Assembly: GCA_000004985.1 (NCBI GenBank) | Contig: GG738883.1 | DNA: 64,000 nucleotides | Strand: one strand, 5' to 3' | Source: Naegleria gruberi | Lineage: Eukaryota | Shown: positions 20,875 to 32,369 of the stretch, piece after piece | How the letters are laid out: each line of letters starts with the position of its first letter | Position numbering within the stretch: the first letter of the stretch is position 1 | Translations under genes and position numbers: made by a program | The notes under the pieces: generated by a model | Told to the model about the DNA's origin: nothing | Databases searched by the model: none | Seen by the model: only the letters and a program-made list of their open reading frames with translations

Positions 20875-22729
20875 CTAATTTTGTAAACGTAAATGGTCAA
20901 TAATTCTGACCAATCTCAGTCTCACTCCAACCTTAGCAATTCCCATTTCCAGCAGAATTTGATTATGTAAACCCAAAAATGCTAAACCATCAATATCGTG
21001 ATGTTTGAATAATTCACCAACATTATGAGAAGGGAATGAAGAATCCAAAGTATCAATCCATTGAGCAACCCTAAAGGTATCCCAACTTTCAAAATCTCCT
21101 CTTCTGATATACAATTGCTCCTTAAGTTTATCCTTTTCAATTGGAACAAATCGAGCATATGGTGGTAAATTGGCATCATTAGAAGAATCAGGTGAGGAGG
21201 AAGTTGTCATTACTCTGTTTGGTTGTTGCATATATTGATTGTTGTTCATTATTGGAGTAGTGACATTATTGGTCTTGATATTTGGAAATCCATTATTATT
21301 CTGAATTGGTGATGGTTGAGAATTCATTCCATTGAAATAAGGTGATGAGGAAAAATAATTAGAGGATGAAGCGGAGGAGACTGCACGTTCTCTTTGAGGT
21401 GTCACAGTATTAGAGATAGATGGATTCATACCACCATTATTATTGTACATTTGGATATCACTACGATTTACATTAGGATATGGCTCAGATCTGTACTTTT
21501 GATAACTTGCTGATCTCTCTCGTGTTTGTAATGAGGCAGGTGAATTTTCTGGATTGGAAGTAGTACCTTGTTGATTGAAAGATGGTGTTACTGGTTGTTG
21601 TTGCTGTTGTTGTTGGAAAGTATAGTTTGTTGTAGGAGTTTGAGGAGTGGAATATTGCTCGCTTTGAGTATTATTCGTTGGGGAGGAAGGTTGTGGAGAG
21701 CCTGGTGCGTCATCTTTCTTTTTTCTTCCTTTTTGCTTTGGTTCATAATATTGACAATCAATTCCTCTCTTTCCACACTCGGAACATTTTGGTAATAATC
21801 TGTCACACTATATATTAATTAATAAGGGAATGAAATTGAAAACAAACCTTCTTGTGTCTCTTTCTACATGGAATACAAGCGATTGGATGATATTCACCAG
21901 AGTTGTTATCATTAATTGGTGAACTACTCTTCTTATGAGTTTGATATTCATGGAAGATGGTATGTGCAACTGTTTGTTGCTGTGAGGTTGTGGAAGATGT
22001 ACTTTGGACAGCTGATTGAGCAGTGTTGTTAACAACACTTGATGGCATGCCATTATTCATGACAGTATTTTGAGATGTTGGTGGTATTTGTTGATACAAT
22101 TGTTGTTGCTGATGGACATTACCTTGTTGTTGAACATTCTCCATGTTATTATATTGAGGTGGAGGATTTTGCATAACCTGTTGTTGTGGATTGTTATTTG
22201 TTTGTTGTGGATTTGGGGCATAACCTTCAATGGTATTATTGTTACCAGGCATGCCATACGAAGGGCCACTAGTCGAATTCAAAGAAGGTAAAGCATTATT
22301 CATTGGTTGTTGACTTGGATATTGATGGTGAGCATAGGAACCATAGTATGGTGGTGGTTGTTGATGGTGATGAATTGGAGGATAATATCCACCATGTTGA
22401 CCATCTTGGTGAGGAGGTGGAATTCCATTACTAGATTGTTGATAATTTGGTGGAATTACATTAGGAGTTGGCATTGAATGATTCATCATATTATTAGATG
22501 ATGAAGTAGTGGTACTACTACTTGGTGTATTGTTATTATTATTGGTAGAGGACATTTGAACTTCTTCCTTATTCATCATCATTGGTGGGATGACACCACT
22601 TGTCGGTTGTTGCTGTTGCTGTCCATTATTATTATTATTATTCAAATATTGATGATGATGGTTCGGATGATGATTCGATGTTGTCGTTGTAGGAGGCGAT
22701 AAATGCTCTTCTTTCACGTTCGCTAACAT
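20875..22729 (-). CDS. Zn2Cys6 (GAL4-type) binuclear-cluster DNA-binding protein with a C-terminal SAM domain and Q/N-rich low-complexity regions. Join: exon1 22729..21848, 40-nt intron 21847..21808 (GTTTGT...TATATAG), exon2 21807..20875.
   Basis: Exon1 ends ACIPCRKRHKK and exon2 begins CDRLLPKCSECGKRGIDC. Only the spliced product gives a perfect C-x2-C-x6-C-x6-C-x2-C-x6-C motif. The C-terminus (WDTFRVAQWIDTLDSSFPSHNVGELFKHHDIDGLAFLGLHNQILLEMGIAKVGVRLRLVRIIDHL) fits a SAM domain. Confidence 0.7.
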
Positions 22730-23612
22730 CGCTTCTCAGTGATTTGTGTGGATAAAAATTTCTCAAAGCCTTTTTTTCTTTTAAGTTTTGGTTGCTCCTT
22801 TGCGGGTTATTCGCTGCAATTTTTTAGAGTGTTGACGATGAGCAGATTGACCTTTTTAGAGTATGGTGGAGAGGTTTTTGTGCGGTGAATATTAGAGTTC
22901 TGGAAAGTTGTAATTTTTTCAACACTCCTAGCTGGGCTGCCGCAGATTTCAACACAAGTTTTGGTGAATGGGTGAAACTGCAAATGAATGGAAAAGGTGA
23001 TGGGTGGTTTGCAGAATAAGGTCTTTTTTTTTCAACTTGTCCTCTCTCCCGTGAATCAATGTAAGAGGGGAAAATGGAGGAAGTTTGGTTGTTTTTCAAT
23101 TCGGATAGTTGCGCACAATAAACTTCATGTTTCTAATTGTGATGAATGGCAAGAGTTCGGGTGTTAATTGACCAATGCTGTTGTAATACTAAGCTCGATT
23201 GAGCGTTAAACTCCGTCTCAATAAAAGAAGTGTTTTGTTTCCATCATTTGATTTTTTATCTGAATCCAAGGACAATTTTTTACTGATGCAATAATGGGGA
23301 GAGATAAAAAACTTGTCCGCAGTAGTAGTTGCTTTTCCTCCAAGTCCTCAGGTTGCAGGAGAAAGTACATTGAGGATAAGATAAGGTCAGATAATATTCA
23401 ACTATGAAAAACATTGAGTTTTACCCAAGCATTTTCTCTTTTGCACTGTAGAAATATTGTGTTACAAGCGGAAGAAGTGTTCGCACATGTTTGCCATCAA
23501 GAACAAACAAGGAAGTCCCATCAAGTTCCTATTGATATTATTCCGTTTATACGAACTTAAAAAAGTGGCAGATATTCAATTTTTATTTATGTTTTATAAA
23601 TGATAGTGTGAA

Positions 23613-23683
23613 TCGGGTGTGGTATAGTGGTAGCATTCCAGACTGTCACTCTGGCGACCCGGGTTCAATTCCAGGCACTCGAG
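23613..23683 (+). tRNA. tRNA-Asp (anticodon GTC), possibly degenerate or a pseudogene.
   Basis: Cloverleaf: acceptor TCGGGTG/CACTCGA, anticodon stem CCAGA/TCTGG with loop CTGTCAC, T-loop TTCAATT. The D-stem (A.C) and T-stem (G.A) each carry one mismatch relative to canonical tRNA-Asp. Confidence 0.55.
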
Positions 23684-24552
23684 ATCAATTTTTAACACTA
23701 TCCCTAACCTTTGAGTTTTACCTTCTTCATCGTAGGAGGAATGGTATGTAGCCAAGAATTATCAATTTTCAAAGTTTCATCTCTTAAAACCACCGAGAAA
23801 ATAATCAAAGATTTGACATTCATTTCCATTAAAATATTCCAAGTTCCATTACGCACAACTGGCAAAATCAAGACCCAGTTAATCCTTGATGGTTATTGTT
23901 CCATTCAGATACATTTTCTTCAACATTTAACTCCAGATAATCAATTTTTCAAACACCTAGATGTTGGTATTTTAATTTCTGCCCAATTTGAACGTGCACA
24001 CTACCAACTTTATTCGCAAAGAACCATAGCTATGATCGATGGTATTATACTTTAAAACCAAAGCATCCTTCCAAACTATTCGAAACATGTTTCTTATCAA
24101 CATGAAATTACAGGAAGGTTGTAACTCGTTCAGTATTGAGGATTCTTGTTAGGTATGCAGTTCATTTCATGTCTTTCGAATAATGGGCAATCATTCTCCA
24201 ATAGAAAAAATGTCACCATGTCGTTGATGACTTTAAAAATTAATTTTGGAAACTGCTAGTAAATTATGGACGATGAAGGGAACTGGCTTGCCGAAATAAC
24301 TGCACTTTATCATAACATTAAAAAAAAGCTCAGAATACGAAAGTACTTTCACGTTTCTAATACTTTTTATACGAAAGAACTTGCCGTTAAAATCATCATC
24401 AAGGTGATAACAAATTTCTTTGAACATTACACGAAACCAGACTTTTTAAAAAATCTAAGGTTGTCATCTTTTGTTGAGGATTCTTTTAGCCTTTCACATA
24501 ATATTATTCGAAATCAACTCTCTGCCGAAAAGCCGTTCAGAATTAGAGAAAA

Positions 24553-27131
24553 ATGTCGTCGTTCAATAACAACACTACCACACCACTTTCTCAACATGTA
24601 GTGGACGAAACTCAACTAAACACTGCTTCAATGATGTTAACAGTAACACAAGCATCATCAAATAATCTCGCAAAACTCGACACCAATGATAATTCCCCTT
24701 CTCCTGTAAATAATAACAATAGCCATTCGAATAACAATACGAATCATCAATTATTAGACGAAAGACAAAGTAATCATCACCATGCTAGACACGGTTCAAA
24801 TATTTCTGGATTTTCCAATCAATCTAATCAACACCACAATCATTCCCAACAAAATTCTCAGAATGTTAATCCTAAACACTCTCCAGCACTTTCGCATAAT
24901 GCTATTCACATAGACGAAACTTCAACTTTTACTAATTCACCACTGGCAGACCTTCTTTCACAAATGGATATTTATAATTGGGAAGATTTCGTGAAGAATA
25001 TGACACATTACCATCACGGTTCAAGAACTAATAGTTTTCTGACAAATGCCAGTTCGGCAACCCCAAGAGATTTGACACCTAATCAAATGAATGGACATTT
25101 GGCACCTCCAGGAAGTACTGAAAATCAAAATTCAAATACTCCAAGACCTGAAATTCATCTACCAACTGCCACGACAGGTTCAATGTCAGATGCTCCTAAA
25201 ATGACAATTTCCAAACTGTCAAGATATTATTCTATTGTCTTGGTTGTCAGAAGATATGTCAGACATGGTGGATGTGGTTTCTGTAACAGACGTATTGTTG
25301 AACTAGTCAATTGGTTCAAGAGTTTATTACAAATTGGAATTATTCCAGTTGTTTTGCATTCAGAAAGTGAAGAGGAAGGAAACGATTTCTTCCATCATTT
25401 TAAAAATCCAAATATTGCTCACATTCCAAGAGTTTCAGATCCAAAATATGAAATTTCGTCTACTTTATTGAAAATGTCTGGATCAACTCCGTTGGTTTTC
25501 AAGGATTTGACATTTATGGAAGGAATGAAAGTTTTTCCACATTACAAATCAGCTCTCAAGGAAGGATATTCTTTCCAAACTGACAAGACGAAGGAATTTG
25601 AGGAAACTTCAAAATTATTAGTTCCAAAAATGTTGCTTATTAGAAATAATCAAGTTGTTCATGTGGTAAGTAGTAATTGAAATTCTTATTGAAATTGGAT
25701 GCATTGAATTATTTGTGAATTTATATTCATAGTGGGATCATGGTTTTGGTGAGGGAGCTCCAGATATTCTCAGTACTGTTGTTTTGAAATTGCCATGGCT
25801 TGTCATGACGACAAATGACATGATGTCTGGAAGAACTGGAGGAGATTTGACTGATCTTCACACAAGAGGTTCGATATCTTCCAACATTACTGATATGGAA
25901 ATGAGAAATAATTACCTAGGAATTCCAACTAATGTAACTCGTAAGATTTCAAGTGGAGGTAATTCTCCAGGAAGAAAGATTTCGAATACTTCAAGTAATG
26001 GAGGACTTCATGTTCCTCATGGAAGCACCACCTCTCAGAATCATCATTATTTGGGAACAAGTGTGGAAAGTGTATCAAAGAGAGCCATTTCTGGTTCTCC
26101 AGCAGCTAATGGAGGACATTCACCAAAAGTTCAACAAGGAGGACATTCAATTCAATATTATTTGGATCAACTCTCTCACAATCAACCTAAGAATCCAGTG
26201 GTGGATTCTACTGATCAGGAACAAGATGCATTCGATGTCATTTCACCAACTGAGAATGCTCCAGGAGGAGATACCAAGCTCCTTCTCTCTCCATCAAAGA
26301 AGGTTCAATCAGCTGAGGAATTGCAAATTGAGGATATCAAGCCAGAATTAGTGGATATTCCAGATTTACCAATTGGTAGACATACACCTAGGTCTGTGGA
26401 CTCATCATCTGATGCTAATAACATGTTTGATTTATCAAAATTGAAATTCAAACTCACATACTTTAGAAAAATGGAGGGAACCCTCGATTTTGAAAAAGTT
26501 GACCAAGAACAATTGAGAGAAGAAGAAAAGACCAAAACACAACAAGCTAGGGAACTTCTCAAAAAGAAACAAAAGAGGAGTTTTTCATGTTTTGCAAAAC
26601 AGGCAGAACCAATTGAGGATTATTCAAGTGATGTGGCAGCAATTAAAGTGAATCTCCAATCCATTCTAGTTGACGAAGAAAAGAGAAAGTACTTCAAAAT
26701 ATTTGCCATGAAGGAATTCAATGCTGAAGTAAGTATTTGTTACAACAATTTGGAATTTCTAACACTATTAGAATATCTTCTTTTGGGAGGATGTCAATTT
26801 GATTTACAAGAAACTCTTCTTGGATCTTCATAACGTCTCAACTTCCAATGAGGAACTCAGAGAAAAAATTCAGTCAACTGCCAAATATCTCACTGGAAAA
26901 TATTTCTTGGACGAACTGAGTCTTTTCATTTTGAATACTTCCAATAATCTCAAACATAATGTTATCAATTCCACAAAATCTAACGATTTCTTCTCAACCG
27001 ACGATTGTAAATTCCTCTACGATGATGTTCTCTTGGAAGTTATGACAACTGTCTTACCTGACATGTATTATAGATTTATTGCTTCACCTCAATATCAAAT
27101 CATGTTGAAAGATTTGAGAAGAAGTAGATAA
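24553..27131 (+). CDS. RGS-domain protein with long low-complexity N-terminal region. Join: 24553..25665, 25733..26728, 26772..27131; introns of 67 and 43 nt (GTAAGT donors, TAG acceptors).
   Basis: Three track ORFs join in frame at canonical GTAAGT/AG sites. The RGS motif KRKYFKIFAMKEFNAE|NIFFWEDVNLIYKKL is completed across intron 2. Confidence 0.7.
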
Positions 27132-27187
27132 ATTGATTAGATCATTATCAAATAAACACTTTATTTTAAAAATTGGATCTTTGATAT

Positions 27188-27919
27188 CTACAGATTAGTT
27201 TGTGTTTGTTCATTCGAATCTCCAGTGAGTAAATAAAGAAGCGCCAAAAGAATACTAATATTATCATTGGGCACGTTTTCGTTATTGGGAGGACTTTCTA
27301 CTACATTCGAATGACCATTATCACTAGCATGTGTCGAAGCATCTCCGTTTGATTTAGTTTCTGAAAGAGGCGACGAATGAGTTTCAAATTGCATGGACGA
27401 ATTAGTTGCATGTTCATTCGAATTTTCAATTATTTCAGATGTTACAATATTACTCTGAGAACATTCAATGAGTTTGAATTTCTTCAACTGATTAGTTCCA
27501 TTGCTATTGTCGTACTCAAAGTAATTATCGAGGAATGGTTTGGTACTTAATGATTTTCTCAGTTTTGATATTTTAAAACTACTTTCGTCCTGTTTCTTCC
27601 TAATTTTCTTTTTTACATTCCATGTTTCATCGACAAATGTCATTTCCTTCTTTCCATTCACCTTCCTATAATCCACACCCACATGTACTACTTTACAGTT
27701 AGCAGTAGCATGTGATGTTCCAACATTACCACTTGACTCACATTCATGCATGTGAGCATTATCATGTTGAGCATGTGTGTCATCTGCATGTTTCTCTTTC
27801 TCATCTACATGTTGCATGCCATCCATTATTACTTGCATGCCACTAACAACAACCACATTCACATGTTCAACCTGTTGTTGTTGTTGACCATCATCAACAA
27901 TGACATGCATTCTTTCCAA
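27188..27919 (-). CDS. Hypothetical protein (His/Gln-rich N-terminus, hydrophobic C-terminal segment).
   Basis: 243-aa ORF with no recognisable domain; ends ISILLALLYLLTG. Confidence 0.3.
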   Translation of the reverse strand: MERMHVIVDDGQQQQQVEHVNVVVVSGMQVIMDGMQHVDEKEKHADDTHAQHDNAHMHECESSGNVGTSHATANCKVVHVGVDYRKVNGKKEMTFVDETWNVKKKIRKKQDESSFKISKLRKSLSTKPFLDNYFEYDNSNGTNQLKKFKLIECSQSNIVTSEIIENSNEHATNSSMQFETHSSPLSETKSNGDASTHASDNGHSNVVESPPNNENVPNDNISILLALLYLLTGDSNEQTQTNL

Positions 27920-29305
27920 TTAGAAGCAACTTTTCAAAGATGTCAAGTAAAGTGATCAGTACAATACTATATTGAATATTGATTATGGAATATAGATAGT
28001 CTAGATGTATCTCTTTTTTTTCTCTGTTTTGCTGTACAACACACTCTACACAACTCTATTCTGACACATTGTGCGGACTATTTGAGTACAGTGCTATTGG
28101 ATATTTGATATTAACTGATCGAAACTACTGCTCTCACTTACTTGAACGAAATATTTTAATATTTCAAGAGAAAAGATTATTTGGCTTTAATTGATTTGTT
28201 TTTTTTAAAGTTGTTTTATTGAGCACTCAACATGCCTCCACCTCAGCGAGTTCTATTCTCAACAAATACTCAATCACATTGAGTTGGTATAGTAATTAGA
28301 GTTGCAGTTGCGAAAATATTGAAATGCTTTATTGTTACCTTATTCATTCAAAATTTCTGGATTTGGGGTTAGGGACCTTAAAAGGATTTCCCTAAAAACA
28401 ATGAACTTCTCAATGGTTAATTCTTATGGTAATGTAATTGCACTAAATAGCATGAAAAGGGAATACTCGATTTGACTTGGAGAAATTCTATTCTAAACTG
28501 GCAAGTCTTTCGAATAGAGCTCTATAATCCGTTCTATTTGATAGGCCACTTGTTTGTGTCTCCAATACACTCAAATTTTCGAAATGGTTTTGTTTAACTG
28601 CACACCACTGAAACAAAATTTGGAAAAAGTTCAAAACAACATTATAAACAAGATTAAACACGTTTGAGAAATTATCTTTGTTATTGGTTTCTAATATTTA
28701 GTAGTCCGCAAGTGGTATGGTTTCGACACTTTTTTTTGGTTATTCTATTGTTTCCAGAGTGTAAGTCTTATGGCTGGAGAATTACAGTAATCTAAGCTAT
28801 TGGAGCAAAACTTGGACGAAAATGAATTCTCTTAATTTATCAGTTTCGAATAATTAAGGATTACTCAAAGATTCATTGTTATCTGATAGAGTTAATAATT
28901 TCAATTAACACAATCTGTTTCCAATAAGACAATAACGAATCGCTTCATGGAAATTCTTCATATTGACAACATAAATTGATTTGCTGAAGAACGAATCTCT
29001 ACGAATCTCATTCAACATGGACTGTATCTCACTTCATTAGAGGCCATTCAACATGCCAAACATCAAAAATTTCACATTTTAAAGTTAACATCACACTGTT
29101 AATTCAACCTCACTACTTTATCAACTATTGCAATATCTTATCCATGATAATGAATTCTCTCAATAAAAAAAACTTCTTTCGAGTTCATCATGCACTGAAG
29201 CTGTCACCTGTTTAGTCAGTCATTAATCGTGTCACTGCAAAAATTGTGAAGACCAAAATACAAAATTAAACTAACTCAAAGTGTGCTCGCTACTACATCA
29301 AAAAA

Positions 29306-30376
29306 ATGTCACACAAGTCACTTATCATTTTATTACTTGTCTCCATTGTGTTATCAGTTCTATTCATCACCAACGTCCAAGCAGCTGGTAAATCATCTGG
29401 TTCTCGTTCTTCAGGTGGTTCCAGATCATCATCTTCAAGATCATCTTCCAGATCTTCAGGAGCTTCTCGTTCTCGTAGTTCTGCTTCTTCTTCAAGAGGT
29501 GGTAGATCATCATCTTCAGGAGGAGCTGCCAAGAGAGGTGGTTCTACAGCTTCAAAGAGAGGCGCTTCAGGTGCTGCTAGAGGTGCTAGAGGAGGTGCTG
29601 CTGGCAAGAGAGGAGGTAAAGCAGGTGCTTCTGCAGGTAGAAAATCAGCAGGTGCTGCAGGTGGTAAAAAAGGAAAGAAGGGTGGAAAGGCAGCAGGTGC
29701 TGCTGGAGCTGCTGCTGGAGGTAAAAAAGGAAAGAAGGGTTTGAAAGGTGGTTTGGGAAAGAAATTGTTGGATAAGGCTAAGGGAGCTGCTCAAGATGCT
29801 TTGAATGGAGGTGCTGGTGGTGAAGGTGGTGGTGATCAACAAGGAGGTGGAGATGCTTCACAAGGTCAACCAGAACAAGCTCAACAACAAGAACAAGGTC
29901 AACAAGCTGGAGGTGAACAACCACAACAAGGAGGTGAACAAGCTGTTCAACAACCAACTCAAGAAGGTTCTGCTGCTCCACAACAAGAGCAACAACAATC
30001 TGCTGGAGGTCAACCACAAGAACAATCTCAAGTTCCACAAGCTCAACAACAACAACAATCTGGTCCAACTGGTGGTCAACCACAAGAACAACAACAACAA
30101 CAATCTGCTGTTGGTGGAGGAGAAACTACTCAACAACAACAACAACAATCTGGTCCAACTGGTGGTCAACCACAACAAGAACAACAACAACAAGGAGGTG
30201 TTCAACAAAATGGAGGTTATCAACAAGGAGGTGCTCAACAAAATGGCGGAAATTCATATGTTCGTGGTGGAGGAAATAGACCAAATGGAAATTATATTAG
30301 ATCTTATTCAAGAGGAGGTAGAAGTGGTGTCTACATGAAGGTCAATATTAACATTAATGGTGCTCCAGCTCAATAA
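29306..30376 (+). CDS. Secreted low-complexity protein: signal peptide, cationic Ser/Arg/Gly/Lys-rich half, then Gln-rich half.
   Basis: MSHKSLIILLLVSIVLSVLFITNVQA signal. Then SRSSGGSRSSSSRSSSRSS...GGKKGKKGGK...; then (QQQQQSGPTGGQPQEQ)n-like repeats; ends ...NININGAPAQ. Confidence 0.6.
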   Translation: MSHKSLIILLLVSIVLSVLFITNVQAAGKSSGSRSSGGSRSSSSRSSSRSSGASRSRSSASSSRGGRSSSSGGAAKRGGSTASKRGASGAARGARGGAAGKRGGKAGASAGRKSAGAAGGKKGKKGGKAAGAAGAAAGGKKGKKGLKGGLGKKLLDKAKGAAQDALNGGAGGEGGGDQQGGGDASQGQPEQAQQQEQGQQAGGEQPQQGGEQAVQQPTQEGSAAPQQEQQQSAGGQPQEQSQVPQAQQQQQSGPTGGQPQEQQQQQSAVGGGETTQQQQQQSGPTGGQPQQEQQQQGGVQQNGGYQQGGAQQNGGNSYVRGGGNRPNGNYIRSYSRGGRSGVYMKVNININGAPAQ

Positions 30377-30726
30377 ATTTAGTGTAAAGGGTTCGAACAA
30401 AGAAGTTTGTGATGTTTTTTTGTGTTTTGAAATAGTGGAATGCATGGTTATTGGTTGGGATGTTTGTGTTGTGAAATTTTGACAAATTTGTCTTGTCCTT
30501 CCATGTGAACTTTGCCCTTTCAATAGTTGATTTAAATAGTTAAACCATTAACAATATTACAATAATCGAAAAAATTATTAAAAATTTGCATAATTCACTC
30601 CACGTCATTGCAAAACATTTCTGATTCCTTCCTCTCCAATCTACTCAGTATTTCTTTCAATATTTAATAAATAATATATTAAAACAAAAGCTGTAAATCA
30701 TCATCACAATAATTAATTAAAAAAAA

Positions 30727-32259
30727 ATGAATACAACAACGGAAGACATCTTTTCCGAAGCTACAAATTCCATTCCGATTAATAATAATAATACTGATGA
30801 AGATGAAACCATGATGCAAGCTGCGATCGGAACGTTTTCTGATTTATCACATCAAACCGAATTGATGATTTCAATCTTTGAATATTTACCTTTAAATAAT
30901 ATTGCCTTGTCTTGTGCTTTGACTTGTAAGGCTTGGAATTCAATGATTCGTGAAACTCAAACTCTGTGGAGAAGTGTTTGTTTAAATGAGTTGGGATGGC
31001 CTGTTAGTCTATCAACGGATGATGTTTTATTTCAAGAGGAATTGAAGGCAAAGATTGAGAAGGGAGAAATGGATGCATTGTCGTCACCTCTTCCTTCCAA
31101 TTCAAAGGATGATTTAACTAAATCGAATGGAAAACGTGCCATTTCAATTTGTGGAAAGAGTTTCATGTGGAAGGATTTGTGTTTCATGTTGAATCAACCT
31201 GCTACTTTGTACATGTTTAGTAATACTTTGGCTTCAAAGAGGGATTGCACTGAATTGTATAATGAAATTATGAATGAGAGTTATACGATTTTGGACGATA
31301 CATTCCCAGATGATAAGTTTATTGTCTTGAAGAATGCCAAACTGATTGATTGTATTTGTACAGAATTGTTAATTTTACAAAAGCAAAAAGTGTTAACTCA
31401 GATTATGAGCGACAAATTGTACGATATTTTCATTCCAGTTCTTGAGAAGATGAGAAAGGAACCATTGTCTACAGATTCAATTCAATTATTGAGATATAGA
31501 CAAATTGTTTTGGGAAAGAACAAGTTTAGTTTCTTATTCACAAAAAAGAATTTTGAAGATATGCAACAAGTCGTTCAAGAAAATATCAAAGGAAAATACT
31601 CATTATTTGGAGTTTATTTATTGAATGATGATGGTCATAATTTCCAAGAAGTTACCGATCAAGTGAAACGAGCTTTTAATAATGATATTGACTTTGATTA
31701 TTGTGATTCATTGGTATATAAGGCCCATTTTAATGATGAAACTTTGCTATTTGAGACTCGTGACTTTGATGTTGCTATGGAGGCAGTTAAAACCCTCTCT
31801 GCCATTGATTTACATTGCATTCTTACACTTCCAGAATATGATGCCTTGCAAACCATTAGAAGAAGATTTGCAATTAACAGTGAAATGTTGGAATTTTATA
31901 ATGAATTTGCTCCTGAGAATGCCAAATCAAACTTTGATAAGATATTGAAAAATTCAAGTAAGGATGAAAAGTTTGTTGTGGTTCTCTATCGTTCCATGCA
32001 TAGTCCTGGTGGTATGGCAAATATTTTACGTTCCGTTTTTCCTAGTTTGAGTGAACAAGATTGCTTGGGAATTTACTTTACTGTTGCTACATTTGGATAT
32101 TGTTTTATTGCAAGTGGAACATTTGATCAGTGTAAAGCCATTGCTGAAAAGCTCACCAAACTTTTCCTTAATGTCATGTTAAAAACTGAAAAGCAAGCCA
32201 TATTGGATGAAACTGAAGAACAGGAAGAAGAGGAAGATGAATACATCGATGAGGAATAA
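30727..32259 (+). CDS. F-box-like protein with acidic C-terminus.
   Basis: ISIFEYLPLNNIALSCALTCKAWNSMIRETQTLWRSV fits the F-box consensus; ends DETEEQEEEEDEYIDEE. Confidence 0.5.
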   Translation: MNTTTEDIFSEATNSIPINNNNTDEDETMMQAAIGTFSDLSHQTELMISIFEYLPLNNIALSCALTCKAWNSMIRETQTLWRSVCLNELGWPVSLSTDDVLFQEELKAKIEKGEMDALSSPLPSNSKDDLTKSNGKRAISICGKSFMWKDLCFMLNQPATLYMFSNTLASKRDCTELYNEIMNESYTILDDTFPDDKFIVLKNAKLIDCICTELLILQKQKVLTQIMSDKLYDIFIPVLEKMRKEPLSTDSIQLLRYRQIVLGKNKFSFLFTKKNFEDMQQVVQENIKGKYSLFGVYLLNDDGHNFQEVTDQVKRAFNNDIDFDYCDSLVYKAHFNDETLLFETRDFDVAMEAVKTLSAIDLHCILTLPEYDALQTIRRRFAINSEMLEFYNEFAPENAKSNFDKILKNSSKDEKFVVVLYRSMHSPGGMANILRSVFPSLSEQDCLGIYFTVATFGYCFIASGTFDQCKAIAEKLTKLFLNVMLKTEKQAILDETEEQEEEEDEYIDEE

Positions 32260-32369
32260 ACAGGAAGAAAGCTTATTGATAAACTGTTGATTCTCTTTAA
32301 AATTTAATATTGAATAATGAGGAAGTAATATCGTGTAAATTACAATGTCTTGGCAAATGCATTTTATTA

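Noticed and set aside
22725-22770. atcgcttctcagtgatttgtg resembles the 5' end of U2 snRNA (ATCGCTTCTCGGCC...).
   Set aside because: It lacks the GGCCTTTTGGCTAAGATCA branch-interaction core and any Sm site. It sits in the 5' leader of the Zn2Cys6 gene, so it is coincidental.
24266-24601. 111-aa ORF immediately upstream of and overlapping the RGS gene start; it might have been a 5' exon.
   Set aside because: It is in a different frame, with no GT/AG pair that would join it in frame to 24553, and it has no recognisable domain.
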